The notes: generated by a model not told the origin, from the letters alone. A stretch of DNA of 64,000 nt from an uncultured virus (IMG/VR IMGVR_UViG_3300047322_000261) (IMGVR_UViG_3300047322_000261); one strand, 5' to 3'; shown: positions 9,964 to 20,329, counted from the stretch's first letter. A program made the numbers and translations.

Positions 9964-12900
9964 TGCCTACAGCCAATCTCGCGGATATTGAGCAGGATAA
10001 CACACCACCGCCCTATCTAGCTGGCCCACAAGACCAGCCACAACAGCAGCCAGCAGACCCAAGTATACCGCCATTACTGGCTAGGCCCGAAACTCCAGCT
10101 AACTCAGCTAGTCTTGATGACGCTACTATTGACCATGACACTCTACAGGCTGACGCTACCAACAACCTAGCTAAGTATAACGCTGGAGACCCTTCGATCA
10201 ACGATCATGACGCAGGAATGTTCAAGGGTATCGCCAAGGCCGCTACCGACTACAAAACTGCGCTCAATAACGAAATAACCGCTGCCGATAACACGCCCGG
10301 ATGGTTACGGGCAGGCAGGGATTTAATTGGTGGGGTTAAGACCTTAGCAGGCAAGGCATCTAATTTCTTAAGCTTGGGTGGCAAGCCGGAAGACTGGGCT
10401 GAGTTTGGCGATGTTCCAAAAAGCACGCAAGACCTAAAAGAAGCAGCTACTGGAGCGGCAGAAATAGCTCAAGGTGTGGTAACTGGCGTTGGCAAGATGC
10501 CAGCGGTAGCCGCTAATCTTGTTGCTGGTCTTAACGAGCTTACGCCCTATCAGGCACTTAGAGAAACTATTCCCGGCCCTTGGCAAGACGAGGCACAAAA
10601 ACAAGCTGCCGAAAGCAGAGCGGTTGGAGATGTATTAGAACACTACGCTAACACAGGAGCTAGTGATATCAGCAGAATCACTGGCGTAAGCCACGATACA
10701 GCCAAGGCAATGATAGGCGAGAACGTAGCCTACATGTTGTTAGGCCCAATGGGAATGGAGGGAACGGCAGAAGGTGTGGCGAACGGTGTTCGTAATGCAA
10801 CTAACGCAGTTGGTAACGTAACTGGTGGATTAAAGTGGGCAGCAGCCAAGGCAGCACCTACGGCGGTAGGACTAGCTAAGGCAGCTACGGTAGACGTAGC
10901 ACTTAGGAAGGTGGGACTAGTTGGAGGAATGAATGAGCTTGTGTCCACACTTGCCGGATTCGGGGGAAGGTCAGGAGCTAAGAACCCAGAGATAGCCAAC
11001 AAGGTAGTTCAATTATTCAGCGACAAGACCCTGCCAGAGATAACGGAAGCTGCCGCACAGCAAGCCACTAAGCCGTTAGGATTAAGTAAGAACCAGTTTT
11101 TCGCAGACGCTCTTAAACAAAAAGCTGGAACACTACAGGAAGCTATAGATGCAGACTTGGCCGACATGGATTCCACTAGCGCAAGGCGAGCTACAGACCT
11201 AGCCTCAGATGGTTCCTATAAGCATCCTTATGAAGACCTAGACAAAGAAGGCCAATCCCTAAGAGATAAAAAACAGCAGGTTCAAGACCTTCAAAATAAA
11301 GCACAGGGCATACTTGCTAGAAACGACTTTCAAAAACTATACGATTCCGCCATTCAGGGATTTGGTAACTTCATGGCTCATACCGCGCAAGGCGCAGCTA
11401 TAGGTGCTGGTTTCGCCGGAGCTAACGCTCCAACAGGAGATACGTCAAACGCTGTAGCTTCAGGACTAGCTATAGGTGGAATACTAGGTGCTGGTGCTGC
11501 TCCGTTTGCTTCATTGTCAGGAACCAGAGCGTTAAGAATTTCCGATGCGGCTAAAGACTTAAAGAATTGGTCAATTAAGAACAACGCTGTAGCTGGCGAC
11601 ATGAGTGACCTTAGTGCCGGACAAAAGCGCACCGCTTACTCCGTAGCTGGCATGGTAAATAAACTAGGTGGTAATAAGGTCTACTTACATCCAGAAGACG
11701 AAATGGTGGCATGGGGTGGTCAGGCCCCTGACTCGCAACCCGGAAGCGGATTCGTTGACTCCCAAGGTAACATACACCTTAACAAAGCCGATTTACCAAG
11801 TGGAGTTGCTGGACACGAATACACTCACTTTACTCAGCAGTTTCAGGGTTTGCTAGGAGAAATGCTAAGCAAGGCTTCTCCAGACAGAATGGCCGACTTT
11901 GAAAAACAGTATCAAGACGCCTTAGCTACCACAGGAAAAACTAGGTTTAACTCTAGGAAAGAACGAGACGCTGAGGTAGGTAGACTTGTATTGCAACACA
12001 CACCTATCGAGTTGTTTTACGGTGGAGAGACTGGTGCTGATGTTCTTGGAAGAATGTGGGATGGTATGATGGGTCAGGGTAAGACAAAGTTTATCAACGG
12101 TTTTAATGCCCCTTATACTCGCGCCGACATTCTGGCTATGAAGCAACGCTTCTATAAAGCTGGCGAGCTAGCCAAGATGACTGACGGTCAAATTCCAAGA
12201 GATGCTAAGCCACCAGAGGTTTCATTCACGGACTTCACTGATGCACAGGCAGAGAAATTTCATAGAGCGGTAGAATTTAACCAACAGCAAGGCATGAGTC
12301 CCGATGCAGCATTTAAGGATGTTGCTGATAACATAGAGTTCATGCCTAAACCTAGGCCCGGTCAAACAAAAGAAGAAGCACTAGACGAAGCTTGGGAACG
12401 TTACTACGCTCAAGTCCAAGAACAAAACGCCAAAAGAGAACCACAAGAACAAGACTTTAACACCAGACCACCTAAGCCTAAATGGTATGACCCTACGTCT
12501 TTTGTTGACGACGCTAGGATGCGTAGTTTGCTACCATCAGAGCAGCGTCCCAAGCTGGAACCCTACGTTCCGAAACCAAAACCATTTGAGAGAACCTATG
12601 GCTGGATGAGTCCAGAAGGTAAGTATATTGAGAACAAATCGGGAAACATCCACGCTAACACTATAGCAAAAGAACTTAACGGGCAAGATAGCTTCCGTCG
12701 GTGGAGGGAGAATGTAATACATAAAGGCGGAGACGAAACTATCAAGAACCACCCATATATAGATGCTATGGAATGGGCGTATCGCAAAGGATGGGAGAAG
12801 GGCTACGTTAGGCTGCTTAACTCAGGCAAGACCCTTTACGCCAATATAGGAAAAGATTTTGTTATTAGCCCAGAAATGAAAGACCACCTTATCAAACGCG

Positions 12901-15900
12901 CCGAAGAAAGTGGTGCTGATAGGGTGATGGTAGATCGTGACTTCAGTAAGACAGAAAAGCTATGGGATAACCCAGACTACGCAGGAAATAAGGCAGGCTC
13001 AGCTTACTTCGGTGAGAGGCCAGAACCAACCCACCGCAGGCTAGCTAGGTTGCTAAACTGGCACAGAGACCAAGACGTTCTAACTCCGCACGTGGGTCAG
13101 CCAGCAAAAAGGGCTACGATTCCACCTGAGTTTCGTGCTGTAGATCGTGATGAATTTCACGGAACAGTCCATGAAACGGTAAAAGCCGCAACAGGCAGGC
13201 TAGCGGATGCGATTACAGGTCGCGGCGTGAATGAAGTGCGAACCTTCACGGAACACCTACGGCGGCAAGGCAAACCAGTTAAGAAGGTGTCAGACATGAC
13301 CCCTGAGGAAATCAGGGCAGAACTAGCTGCTAGGGATGCATGGAACGCCAGAGAGGGCTGGAGAGGTAAGCCTGCTCAAGCACCAGAACAACGAGCAGAA
13401 TCTTACATGCCTAGGAAGCCCGGACAGTCTAAGCAAGACGCAGCACAGGAAGCTTGGGAGCGTTACTATAACGTAGTCCAGCAACAGAATCAAGCGGCTG
13501 AAGCAGGTCAAAAGATGCCTAGCCCCCTAGCAATAACACGAAGACAGAAAAAACTAGAACGAGCTACAGAGGCAGAACGGGTAGCGGCAGAGGCACAGCG
13601 CATAAAAGACCGAGCCGAAGCTGTAGCTAGGGTTAAAGCTAAAGCTAAGGACAGCGGCAAACCTCAACCAGTTTACGGTTGGCTAAAGCCAGACAATAGC
13701 TTCCTAGAGAACAAATCTAGCGACATACATGCCGATACAATATCCAAAGAACTTAATCCAGACTACAAATACGACCAATGGGATCATAAAGACGAACAAG
13801 GTAGATACACTGATGGTGACTATACGTCGATTTACGGTAGCATGCGCGGAGCTTATGAAGCTGGATGGGACAAGGGATACATTAGACTAAGAAACTCATA
13901 CGACACCTTGTATGCCCATCTTCCTGTTAAATATGGGCCGATTCCAGAGAGCAAGGTAAATGTATTAAAGGAACTGGCTCTTGAAAACAACATGAATGAG
14001 ATTATTCATGACAATGGAACCAGTAATTCGTATACCATGTGGTCAAATCCTAACCCGGTTAAAGATACTTCTGATTACATGCCCAGAATTAAATCTCCAG
14101 CTATTCAGGATAAAAAAACTGGTAAGATATACCTAGGAGAAAACCATGCAGTAGCTTACAATGACTATCTTCGGGCAACGCCGGACGACAAAGTAGTATC
14201 ATCTGGCAGGTTTGTTCCTCACTGGGATAACCCTAGAACCAAGGAAGGGTTTATTGACACCGATGGTAACTTTCACGACAGAGCTAATGCTTGGCAAATG
14301 GCTGCTGACGCTGGACAGTTAACACCATCTAGCGTTAGCAGGAAAACTAAGACATTGTTTTCAGAAGACCTAATGCCTAGGCTTACCAAGCGACAGATGG
14401 AAGCACAGGACAAAGCTACTAGAGATTACGACTTTATTCAGGCGCAGAATATGGCTAGGGACGAAGAAAAGAAAATGCCCACCAAGTTGTCTTATGTAAG
14501 GCGCAAAAATAGACTAGAGCGAGCCGATCAAGCAGAAAGAGACGCAGAAAATCAGCGTGCCGAGCAAGCTAGATTAGATGCATTATCTAGGCGGCGGTTT
14601 GGACAAGGCAACGACAGGCCAAGAGAAGTTTATGGCTGGCTAAGTCCAAAAGGTGAGTTCCATAAAAACAAAGGTGGCGATATTCACGCAGATACTATTT
14701 CTAGGCTGCTAGACCCCCAAGGATATGAAGATAGCGAAGGTAGCTACCATGATATGTATGGCGGTATGACACAGGCCTATATGGAAGGATGGAGAAACAA
14801 ATACCTTCGTCTTACTTCATTAGGCCGACAGATGTATGTCCACTATCCGGCGGAATACGGAGACATTCCCAAGTCACAACTAGGAGAGCTAGAGAAAATT
14901 GCAATGGAACACAATATGGATGTTGTGTTACGAGATACAGAAGATGGGCCAGAAAAAGTTTTATGGCAGTCTCCTGAGTTTGGCACGAGGGATGATGGTC
15001 TAACTTCTGAGTATGAGTTCATGCCTAAGGCCAGACAGATGAACGACGAGAACTTCAAAGAGCCGTTCTATGTAGAGAAACACGGTGGGGTTTATGCCGT
15101 TGTTGATCGCCGGAAACCTAGCTCTGTAGGGTTTATCAGTCCTGACTTAAAAGAGGCACAGCACAGGGCATACTGGGCTAACGAAACAGAGAGACCTAAG
15201 ACTAGCGCAAGCGGGTTATGGGATTCTACGTTCGTCGAAGGAGAGGGCGCGGCTGAACGGAAGCAGGTAGCCAAGCAATTAGGAGTCCAAGAAGACAAAC
15301 ATTACTGGGAACAGAAGCCGGAAGCTAGAGCCAAGATTAAAGACTACTACACTAAGCAGGGTGCTGACTTTATGCCAAGACCAACACCGCTACAGGTAGC
15401 CGAGGGTGTTCACCGCGAGCTTAAGAAATCAGCAGAAGAATTTATAGGCGCAAGTCCATACGCTAGGAAGTTTCTGGACAACGACAAAGACGGTATGGGT
15501 AGATACTATCTCATGCATGCTCTGGTAGACTCGGTTAAGGGCAAGCCTCAGGGTATTGATTTACAAGAGATACATAAGTCGTTAGGCATGACACCTACAG
15601 AGGTAGAGGTATTCGCGGATGGGTTTAGACAAACGGTTAACCCTGCCGAGATAGAACACAGGATTAACATAGGATCGCTGCCAGCAGCACCATATCCCTA
15701 TGACATGAATCCTAAGTTTGAAGCTCAGATGCGCGACACGGCAGACCAGACACCAGAAGACACTGCTGGCGAAGAATGGAAATCAGGCAACCCGCCACCC
15801 GGTTGGAATCCAAGGGAAGGTGGCAGCGGTTTCTGGCCTAGGGAGTTTATGCCTAGGATTAGGGCTGCTGCTGTCAGGGACAATGATACCGGAAATGTTT

Positions 15901-18900
15901 TTGAAGGACGTAACCATATTCAAGCCGAGACTGCTTGGCAGGCTGGAGACGGTAAAAATCACGACTACTTCAGGAGACTACCTAACATAGATCAGGGTTT
16001 TGTTACAGACGAAGGAAGGTTCGTTAGCAGGCAAGATGGGGCACCAATAGCTAAGGCTTCTGGACAACTAAAGAACAACCAATGGCGAAGCTTATACGAC
16101 AAGAACCCATCAATGCAGTTAATCTCAGAAGACGTTAACTTCATGCCTAGGATGGGTGTCCCGGTTAACGAAGAAAAATGGAGGGAAATGTTCTCTCGAT
16201 CTAATGCTCATGGATACCCTAAACCTATAGTTTCGGCAGCTATACTAGACCTTAAAGACGGAACCAAGTGGGTTGGTAAAGATCATGTTGAAGCCTACAC
16301 AAGTTGGGGGGCGGGACAAGACCACACTAAGCCATTAAATAACTCAACATTACTAGACGGATTTATTGACACTAACGGTGACTTCCTTAACAGGAAACAG
16401 GCAGGAGTTAGGGTTGGAGAAACCGGACAAATGGGGCCAGAGGCCTCTAGGATTCTAGCTCAAACAGGACTAGACTCACAGACGTTTGAGGGTCTTAGAA
16501 GCTACATGCCTAGGTCTAAAGAAACAGACCTTGCTGAACACGCTGCGAAATTATCAGATGGTAAGATTATCACAGGTTCTAGCCAAGGCGAAGTTTATGG
16601 CAAACTAAGGAACCAAGGCCTAGACCCTGATAGCATAGAAACAGGGTTTGTTGACGGAAGCGGAAAGTTCTTAAACACCGGAGAAGCATACCATCAGGCT
16701 ATAACATCTGGACAGGGTGCTATGTCATTCATGCCTAGGGTTGATAAACAGTGGGAGAAGGAGCGGTGGCTTACCAGAAAGAACATAGCTATGCTAATGG
16801 GCTGGCCTAGGGAAGATGGTCTTAAGAAATTCGCGGAGTTATCACCAAATCAACAAAAGCAGATAGCCGGATATTACGGGCCTAAGCCCGGAACCAGAGA
16901 AGACACATTCTTCATGCCGAAGCCGGACGATAAAAGAGCTATCAAGGAAGCAGCAATCCAATATCCAGATGGAACCATATACGCAGGAACCAATCATGCT
17001 AGCGCAATTATTAACTCAGAAAATAAAGTGGGAGAGTTTAAGGTAGGGTTTGTTACTAACGACAGGAAGTTTTTAGATAGAAAGCAAGCTATGGACAGGG
17101 CTGTAGAGATTGGCCAGATTTCCAAGGCAGCGGCAGACACCGAGTTAAATCGGCAAATTAGAATGGGTATTAGCGAACCAAGCAGGGGTCTTGAGTCATG
17201 GATGTTTAACCTAGACAGAAATTTCATGCCCAAAGCTCCCGCTGCATGGAAAGTAAAAGATTGGGAAGATAACGGTAAACCTAAGTCTCTTATTGTGGCT
17301 CCAGCTACATCAACAATTTACGACACAGGGTTAAACGAACACAGGGATGTTAGGGCTGCTATTAGAGACTCTGGAGTAACCGGAAGCCTAGTTAGGGCTG
17401 TTGTTAATGACCGAGACAACAAATTGAACGTAGAGCCTTATTCTGCATCAGGAGAAGTCTCGGCGTCTGACATGAAAAACCTGAACGATCTAGCTACCGA
17501 GATGGGGCTAGATGGTGCAGTTAACACAGAGTTTAAGAGAGCGGGTGGGCCTTCTAGGATTCAGCAGGCTAGGAGCTATGCCTATATGCCACCTATCCGC
17601 AAGGCAGAAGCTCGCGGTAACTCACGAGAAGTAAGTCAGGAAGAATACGATCACCTAGCAGCCTCAGGTGCTACACAGCTTAACCAGCTTAGGCAAGACA
17701 CCCAGTCAACGGAAGGCATGAAACAGAACTGGAACGACATGCTTAACCAAGTCTACGCAGAGACTAGGAAGCCGTGGGGTGGTGCTACCATTAATCCTGC
17801 TACTGGAAGGGATATCAAACTAACATCAGGTAGGGACGTTGGGCCTTTTGCTATGTCGGTTAAGGATGAAGGTCAGGAGACCATTAGTGTTCCCATTGAT
17901 GCTTCGCAGCGCGAATTTAATGATGCCATGTTAAAGGCTAGGCATGCCTTTCCACAGCTTAACGGTAAAGACCACTATCTAGGGGTGTTCCGCGACGACG
18001 ACAAGGGCACTATAGATATAGACCCTGTGTTAGTGGTAGATACTCCATCGCAGGTTGAAAGGATAGGTGCTTATACTCATGCTTCTGGTGGAGCGTATGA
18101 CTACGCTACTGGTAACGGTTACTTCCCGCCGCACCTAGACTACATGCCTAGAAGTAGAGCTGACCTGAGAAAGTTTCAGGAAGAAATGGCACAGAATTAT
18201 CCAGAAGCTATTAAGCCTACCTTCCAGAAAGACAAAGAAGGTAACTTCAAGGTAGACAAAGACACTGGTGAGTTTGTTCCAGAAGAAAGGGAGTATAACC
18301 TAGACAAAACCCCCTTATACAAACTAGCAACTCAAGGTATTAAAGACCCGCTAGAGAAAGACAAAGCTTATGTCAAGGCCTTAGCTCAAAAGATAGCTAA
18401 CGAATATAAGCAGAATTGGAAAAACGATCCGCTAGCTATGACAGCTAAGGGATGGTATACGGACTTGTTTAAGTTGATTTCAGACAAACTAGGAAAAGAC
18501 AACGCTGAGTTATTCGCTCAGTTACTTTCCACAACAAGTCCCGGTAACTTTGCCTCTAACAACTTTAGGTTCGCGCTAGAGGCTATGAATGGATACCTTA
18601 GTGGGAGATACGATAACATCCTTAAGGCGTTTAAGGAAGCTCACGATGCTTTTGTTAGGGGTGATCTAAAAGACGCTAGCGGTAATCCGATTACCAAGGT
18701 TGGTCAGTTCAATAAATACATAAGAGATAACAACATCTTGGCGTTACAAGCTAGCGGAAAGAAACTCGGAAAATATAGCCTAGGAGCAACGTATGTCCTA
18801 GCCGGACATTTCTGGAACAAGGCAATGGGGAAAAAGGTTACAGCCTTTGTTAAGAACATCAGCGGTGTAGACCTAGATAATCCAACTATTGATACTTGGG

Positions 18901-19262
18901 CAGCTAGAACGGCTCATAGGTTGTCTAACGAGGGCATGACCGATAAGCCTTGGAGAAACCTTCCAATGAACGAATCTGCTATAGGTGACAGAGATTTCGA
19001 CCTAGCGCAAGCCGCCTACAAGGAAGCAGCCAATATGACAGGAGTTAAACCAACAGACTTACAAGCTATAGCTTGGTTTGGCGAGAAACTTCACTATGGA
19101 AAGAGCGGTTGGATCAACTCTGGCCCCGGAGCCGAGCTAGGAGACTTTAGACCATTCCTAAAGGCGGCTACACCTAAAGGAAGCCTAGGGGAACTAGAGA
19201 TACCAAGTGGATTAAAGCTTCCAAGAGCAACACTAAGCAAACCAAAATGGCTAAACCAATAA
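9963..19262 (+). CDS. Giant (3099 aa) internal virion polyvalent-type protein: HEXXH metallopeptidase, 14 MP[RK]-delimited modules, C-terminal HhH-glycosylase-like domain
   Basis: HEYTH at 11814-11828; repeated [FYL]MP[RKP] junctions; internally repeated domains; C-terminal GWY...LLSTTSP...TIDTWAAR...LQAIAW pattern. Confidence 0.75.
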   Translation: MPTANLADIEQDNTPPPYLAGPQDQPQQQPADPSIPPLLARPETPANSASLDDATIDHDTLQADATNNLAKYNAGDPSINDHDAGMFKGIAKAATDYKTALNNEITAADNTPGWLRAGRDLIGGVKTLAGKASNFLSLGGKPEDWAEFGDVPKSTQDLKEAATGAAEIAQGVVTGVGKMPAVAANLVAGLNELTPYQALRETIPGPWQDEAQKQAAESRAVGDVLEHYANTGASDISRITGVSHDTAKAMIGENVAYMLLGPMGMEGTAEGVANGVRNATNAVGNVTGGLKWAAAKAAPTAVGLAKAATVDVALRKVGLVGGMNELVSTLAGFGGRSGAKNPEIANKVVQLFSDKTLPEITEAAAQQATKPLGLSKNQFFADALKQKAGTLQEAIDADLADMDSTSARRATDLASDGSYKHPYEDLDKEGQSLRDKKQQVQDLQNKAQGILARNDFQKLYDSAIQGFGNFMAHTAQGAAIGAGFAGANAPTGDTSNAVASGLAIGGILGAGAAPFASLSGTRALRISDAAKDLKNWSIKNNAVAGDMSDLSAGQKRTAYSVAGMVNKLGGNKVYLHPEDEMVAWGGQAPDSQPGSGFVDSQGNIHLNKADLPSGVAGHEYTHFTQQFQGLLGEMLSKASPDRMADFEKQYQDALATTGKTRFNSRKERDAEVGRLVLQHTPIELFYGGETGADVLGRMWDGMMGQGKTKFINGFNAPYTRADILAMKQRFYKAGELAKMTDGQIPRDAKPPEVSFTDFTDAQAEKFHRAVEFNQQQGMSPDAAFKDVADNIEFMPKPRPGQTKEEALDEAWERYYAQVQEQNAKREPQEQDFNTRPPKPKWYDPTSFVDDARMRSLLPSEQRPKLEPYVPKPKPFERTYGWMSPEGKYIENKSGNIHANTIAKELNGQDSFRRWRENVIHKGGDETIKNHPYIDAMEWAYRKGWEKGYVRLLNSGKTLYANIGKDFVISPEMKDHLIKRAEESGADRVMVDRDFSKTEKLWDNPDYAGNKAGSAYFGERPEPTHRRLARLLNWHRDQDVLTPHVGQPAKRATIPPEFRAVDRDEFHGTVHETVKAATGRLADAITGRGVNEVRTFTEHLRRQGKPVKKVSDMTPEEIRAELAARDAWNAREGWRGKPAQAPEQRAESYMPRKPGQSKQDAAQEAWERYYNVVQQQNQAAEAGQKMPSPLAITRRQKKLERATEAERVAAEAQRIKDRAEAVARVKAKAKDSGKPQPVYGWLKPDNSFLENKSSDIHADTISKELNPDYKYDQWDHKDEQGRYTDGDYTSIYGSMRGAYEAGWDKGYIRLRNSYDTLYAHLPVKYGPIPESKVNVLKELALENNMNEIIHDNGTSNSYTMWSNPNPVKDTSDYMPRIKSPAIQDKKTGKIYLGENHAVAYNDYLRATPDDKVVSSGRFVPHWDNPRTKEGFIDTDGNFHDRANAWQMAADAGQLTPSSVSRKTKTLFSEDLMPRLTKRQMEAQDKATRDYDFIQAQNMARDEEKKMPTKLSYVRRKNRLERADQAERDAENQRAEQARLDALSRRRFGQGNDRPREVYGWLSPKGEFHKNKGGDIHADTISRLLDPQGYEDSEGSYHDMYGGMTQAYMEGWRNKYLRLTSLGRQMYVHYPAEYGDIPKSQLGELEKIAMEHNMDVVLRDTEDGPEKVLWQSPEFGTRDDGLTSEYEFMPKARQMNDENFKEPFYVEKHGGVYAVVDRRKPSSVGFISPDLKEAQHRAYWANETERPKTSASGLWDSTFVEGEGAAERKQVAKQLGVQEDKHYWEQKPEARAKIKDYYTKQGADFMPRPTPLQVAEGVHRELKKSAEEFIGASPYARKFLDNDKDGMGRYYLMHALVDSVKGKPQGIDLQEIHKSLGMTPTEVEVFADGFRQTVNPAEIEHRINIGSLPAAPYPYDMNPKFEAQMRDTADQTPEDTAGEEWKSGNPPPGWNPREGGSGFWPREFMPRIRAAAVRDNDTGNVFEGRNHIQAETAWQAGDGKNHDYFRRLPNIDQGFVTDEGRFVSRQDGAPIAKASGQLKNNQWRSLYDKNPSMQLISEDVNFMPRMGVPVNEEKWREMFSRSNAHGYPKPIVSAAILDLKDGTKWVGKDHVEAYTSWGAGQDHTKPLNNSTLLDGFIDTNGDFLNRKQAGVRVGETGQMGPEASRILAQTGLDSQTFEGLRSYMPRSKETDLAEHAAKLSDGKIITGSSQGEVYGKLRNQGLDPDSIETGFVDGSGKFLNTGEAYHQAITSGQGAMSFMPRVDKQWEKERWLTRKNIAMLMGWPREDGLKKFAELSPNQQKQIAGYYGPKPGTREDTFFMPKPDDKRAIKEAAIQYPDGTIYAGTNHASAIINSENKVGEFKVGFVTNDRKFLDRKQAMDRAVEIGQISKAAADTELNRQIRMGISEPSRGLESWMFNLDRNFMPKAPAAWKVKDWEDNGKPKSLIVAPATSTIYDTGLNEHRDVRAAIRDSGVTGSLVRAVVNDRDNKLNVEPYSASGEVSASDMKNLNDLATEMGLDGAVNTEFKRAGGPSRIQQARSYAYMPPIRKAEARGNSREVSQEEYDHLAASGATQLNQLRQDTQSTEGMKQNWNDMLNQVYAETRKPWGGATINPATGRDIKLTSGRDVGPFAMSVKDEGQETISVPIDASQREFNDAMLKARHAFPQLNGKDHYLGVFRDDDKGTIDIDPVLVVDTPSQVERIGAYTHASGGAYDYATGNGYFPPHLDYMPRSRADLRKFQEEMAQNYPEAIKPTFQKDKEGNFKVDKDTGEFVPEEREYNLDKTPLYKLATQGIKDPLEKDKAYVKALAQKIANEYKQNWKNDPLAMTAKGWYTDLFKLISDKLGKDNAELFAQLLSTTSPGNFASNNFRFALEAMNGYLSGRYDNILKAFKEAHDAFVRGDLKDASGNPITKVGQFNKYIRDNNILALQASGKKLGKYSLGATYVLAGHFWNKAMGKKVTAFVKNISGVDLDNPTIDTWAARTAHRLSNEGMTDKPWRNLPMNESAIGDRDFDLAQAAYKEAANMTGVKPTDLQAIAWFGEKLHYGKSGWINSGPGAELGDFRPFLKAATPKGSLGELEIPSGLKLPRATLSKPKWLNQ

Positions 19263-19417
19263 CACTAATCACGGTAGAAGACCTAGGGCTAACACAAAAA
19301 CAAATAAACCAGTTTGTTAAGGGAGCTAGGATAGCTTACGGTCAAGACCCGCTAGCTAGCGAGAAGCCAACACCTTCTGTTCCTGAGCCATTTACACCGT
19401 CACTTCCAAAGAGGTAA
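19247..19417 (+). CDS. 56-aa ORF overlapping the stop of the giant gene (not in ORF track)
   Basis: ATG 19247, MAKPITLITVEDLGLTQKQINQFVKGARIAYG...PKR, TAA 19415-17; fills the gap to the next gene. Confidence 0.55.
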   Translation: MAKPITLITVEDLGLTQKQINQFVKGARIAYGQDPLASEKPTPSVPEPFTPSLPKR

Positions 19418-19425
19418 GATAACCT

Positions 19426-20160
19426 ATGGCAGCATCGAAGCCGAAACCAAAAGCAGCTAAAGAAAAGAAACCACTTAGCCCTAGTCACGTTAAACACCTT
19501 AGGGCTATGATGGACTTGGCGCGTGACCCTAGCAACATGTCACACCCATTGGTAGTCCCGCCAGCCGGAACACCAGCAGACGGAAATGTAACACAGCAAG
19601 CCAGCGGTGACGATCAACTGATTCCAGCCAAGACTGGAGAATATGTTATTCCAGAACCCGTAGTGAGAGCTAAGGGAACACAGTTTTTCGACAACTTAAT
19701 CAAGAAAGTGTTACAAGATTCCTTACCGCCAGATCAGGCAGAGCAAGCTACCGAGAAGGCAGGCAGCGGCACTCCCGAAACTGGATATAAGTGGGGTGGT
19801 GAAGTCTCCGGCAAGGGTGCAGAATGGAATCCATACGGACACGACCCCAGAGACGACCTTCATCCTACAATCTTTACTCCACCTATTCCTCAAGGATGGG
19901 CCAGTAATCCATCAACTCAAGCCAGTGGTGGAGACCAACCTTGGAGAGAAATGTCCCAAGGTGGAGGGGGTTGGTTTAACTGGGCAGGCCCTAATCAATT
20001 AGGTAACATAGGCCCACCTAACACGCCTTGGTTTACGCAAGGCCCAACAATGGTTCCTACTACCCTAGGTAACTCTGGCTACCCTATGGCTATACCGCTT
20101 GGTGGGATAGATCAGAATACTGGCACTATCGCGGGTCTTCCGCCTAAAAAAGAATCTTAA
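19426..20160 (+). CDS. Putative virion-associated protein
   Basis: Contains the GEYVIP..VVRAKG..FFDNL motif that I recognise from podovirus structural regions; P/G-rich tail. Confidence 0.5.
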   Translation: MAASKPKPKAAKEKKPLSPSHVKHLRAMMDLARDPSNMSHPLVVPPAGTPADGNVTQQASGDDQLIPAKTGEYVIPEPVVRAKGTQFFDNLIKKVLQDSLPPDQAEQATEKAGSGTPETGYKWGGEVSGKGAEWNPYGHDPRDDLHPTIFTPPIPQGWASNPSTQASGGDQPWREMSQGGGGWFNWAGPNQLGNIGPPNTPWFTQGPTMVPTTLGNSGYPMAIPLGGIDQNTGTIAGLPPKKES

Positions 20161-20329
20161 TTTACGTTGCTAATGAACAACGTTAATATAGAAATATACG
20201 ACCCGCCTGTGCCTCAAGAACACATCGAGTTCTATGATATAGAGCTTCCGGCCTATCTGTTAATGATGTTAGAGATTTTTACCTTCTATAATCCGAGAAA
20301 TAGGTCGTGTTAGGGCGTTTGTTACACTT

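Noticed and set aside
1678..17233. Many 60-120 aa ORFs nested in or antisense to the long structural genes
   Set aside because: They lie wholly within well-supported genes and show no motifs or RBS.
12342..18155. ATGCCTAGG repeats as site-specific recombination (shufflon) or DGR sites
   Set aside because: Synonymous variation across copies, all in one orientation, and no recombinase or reverse transcriptase in the window; protein-level constraint fits better, though microhomology-aided shuffling is not excluded.
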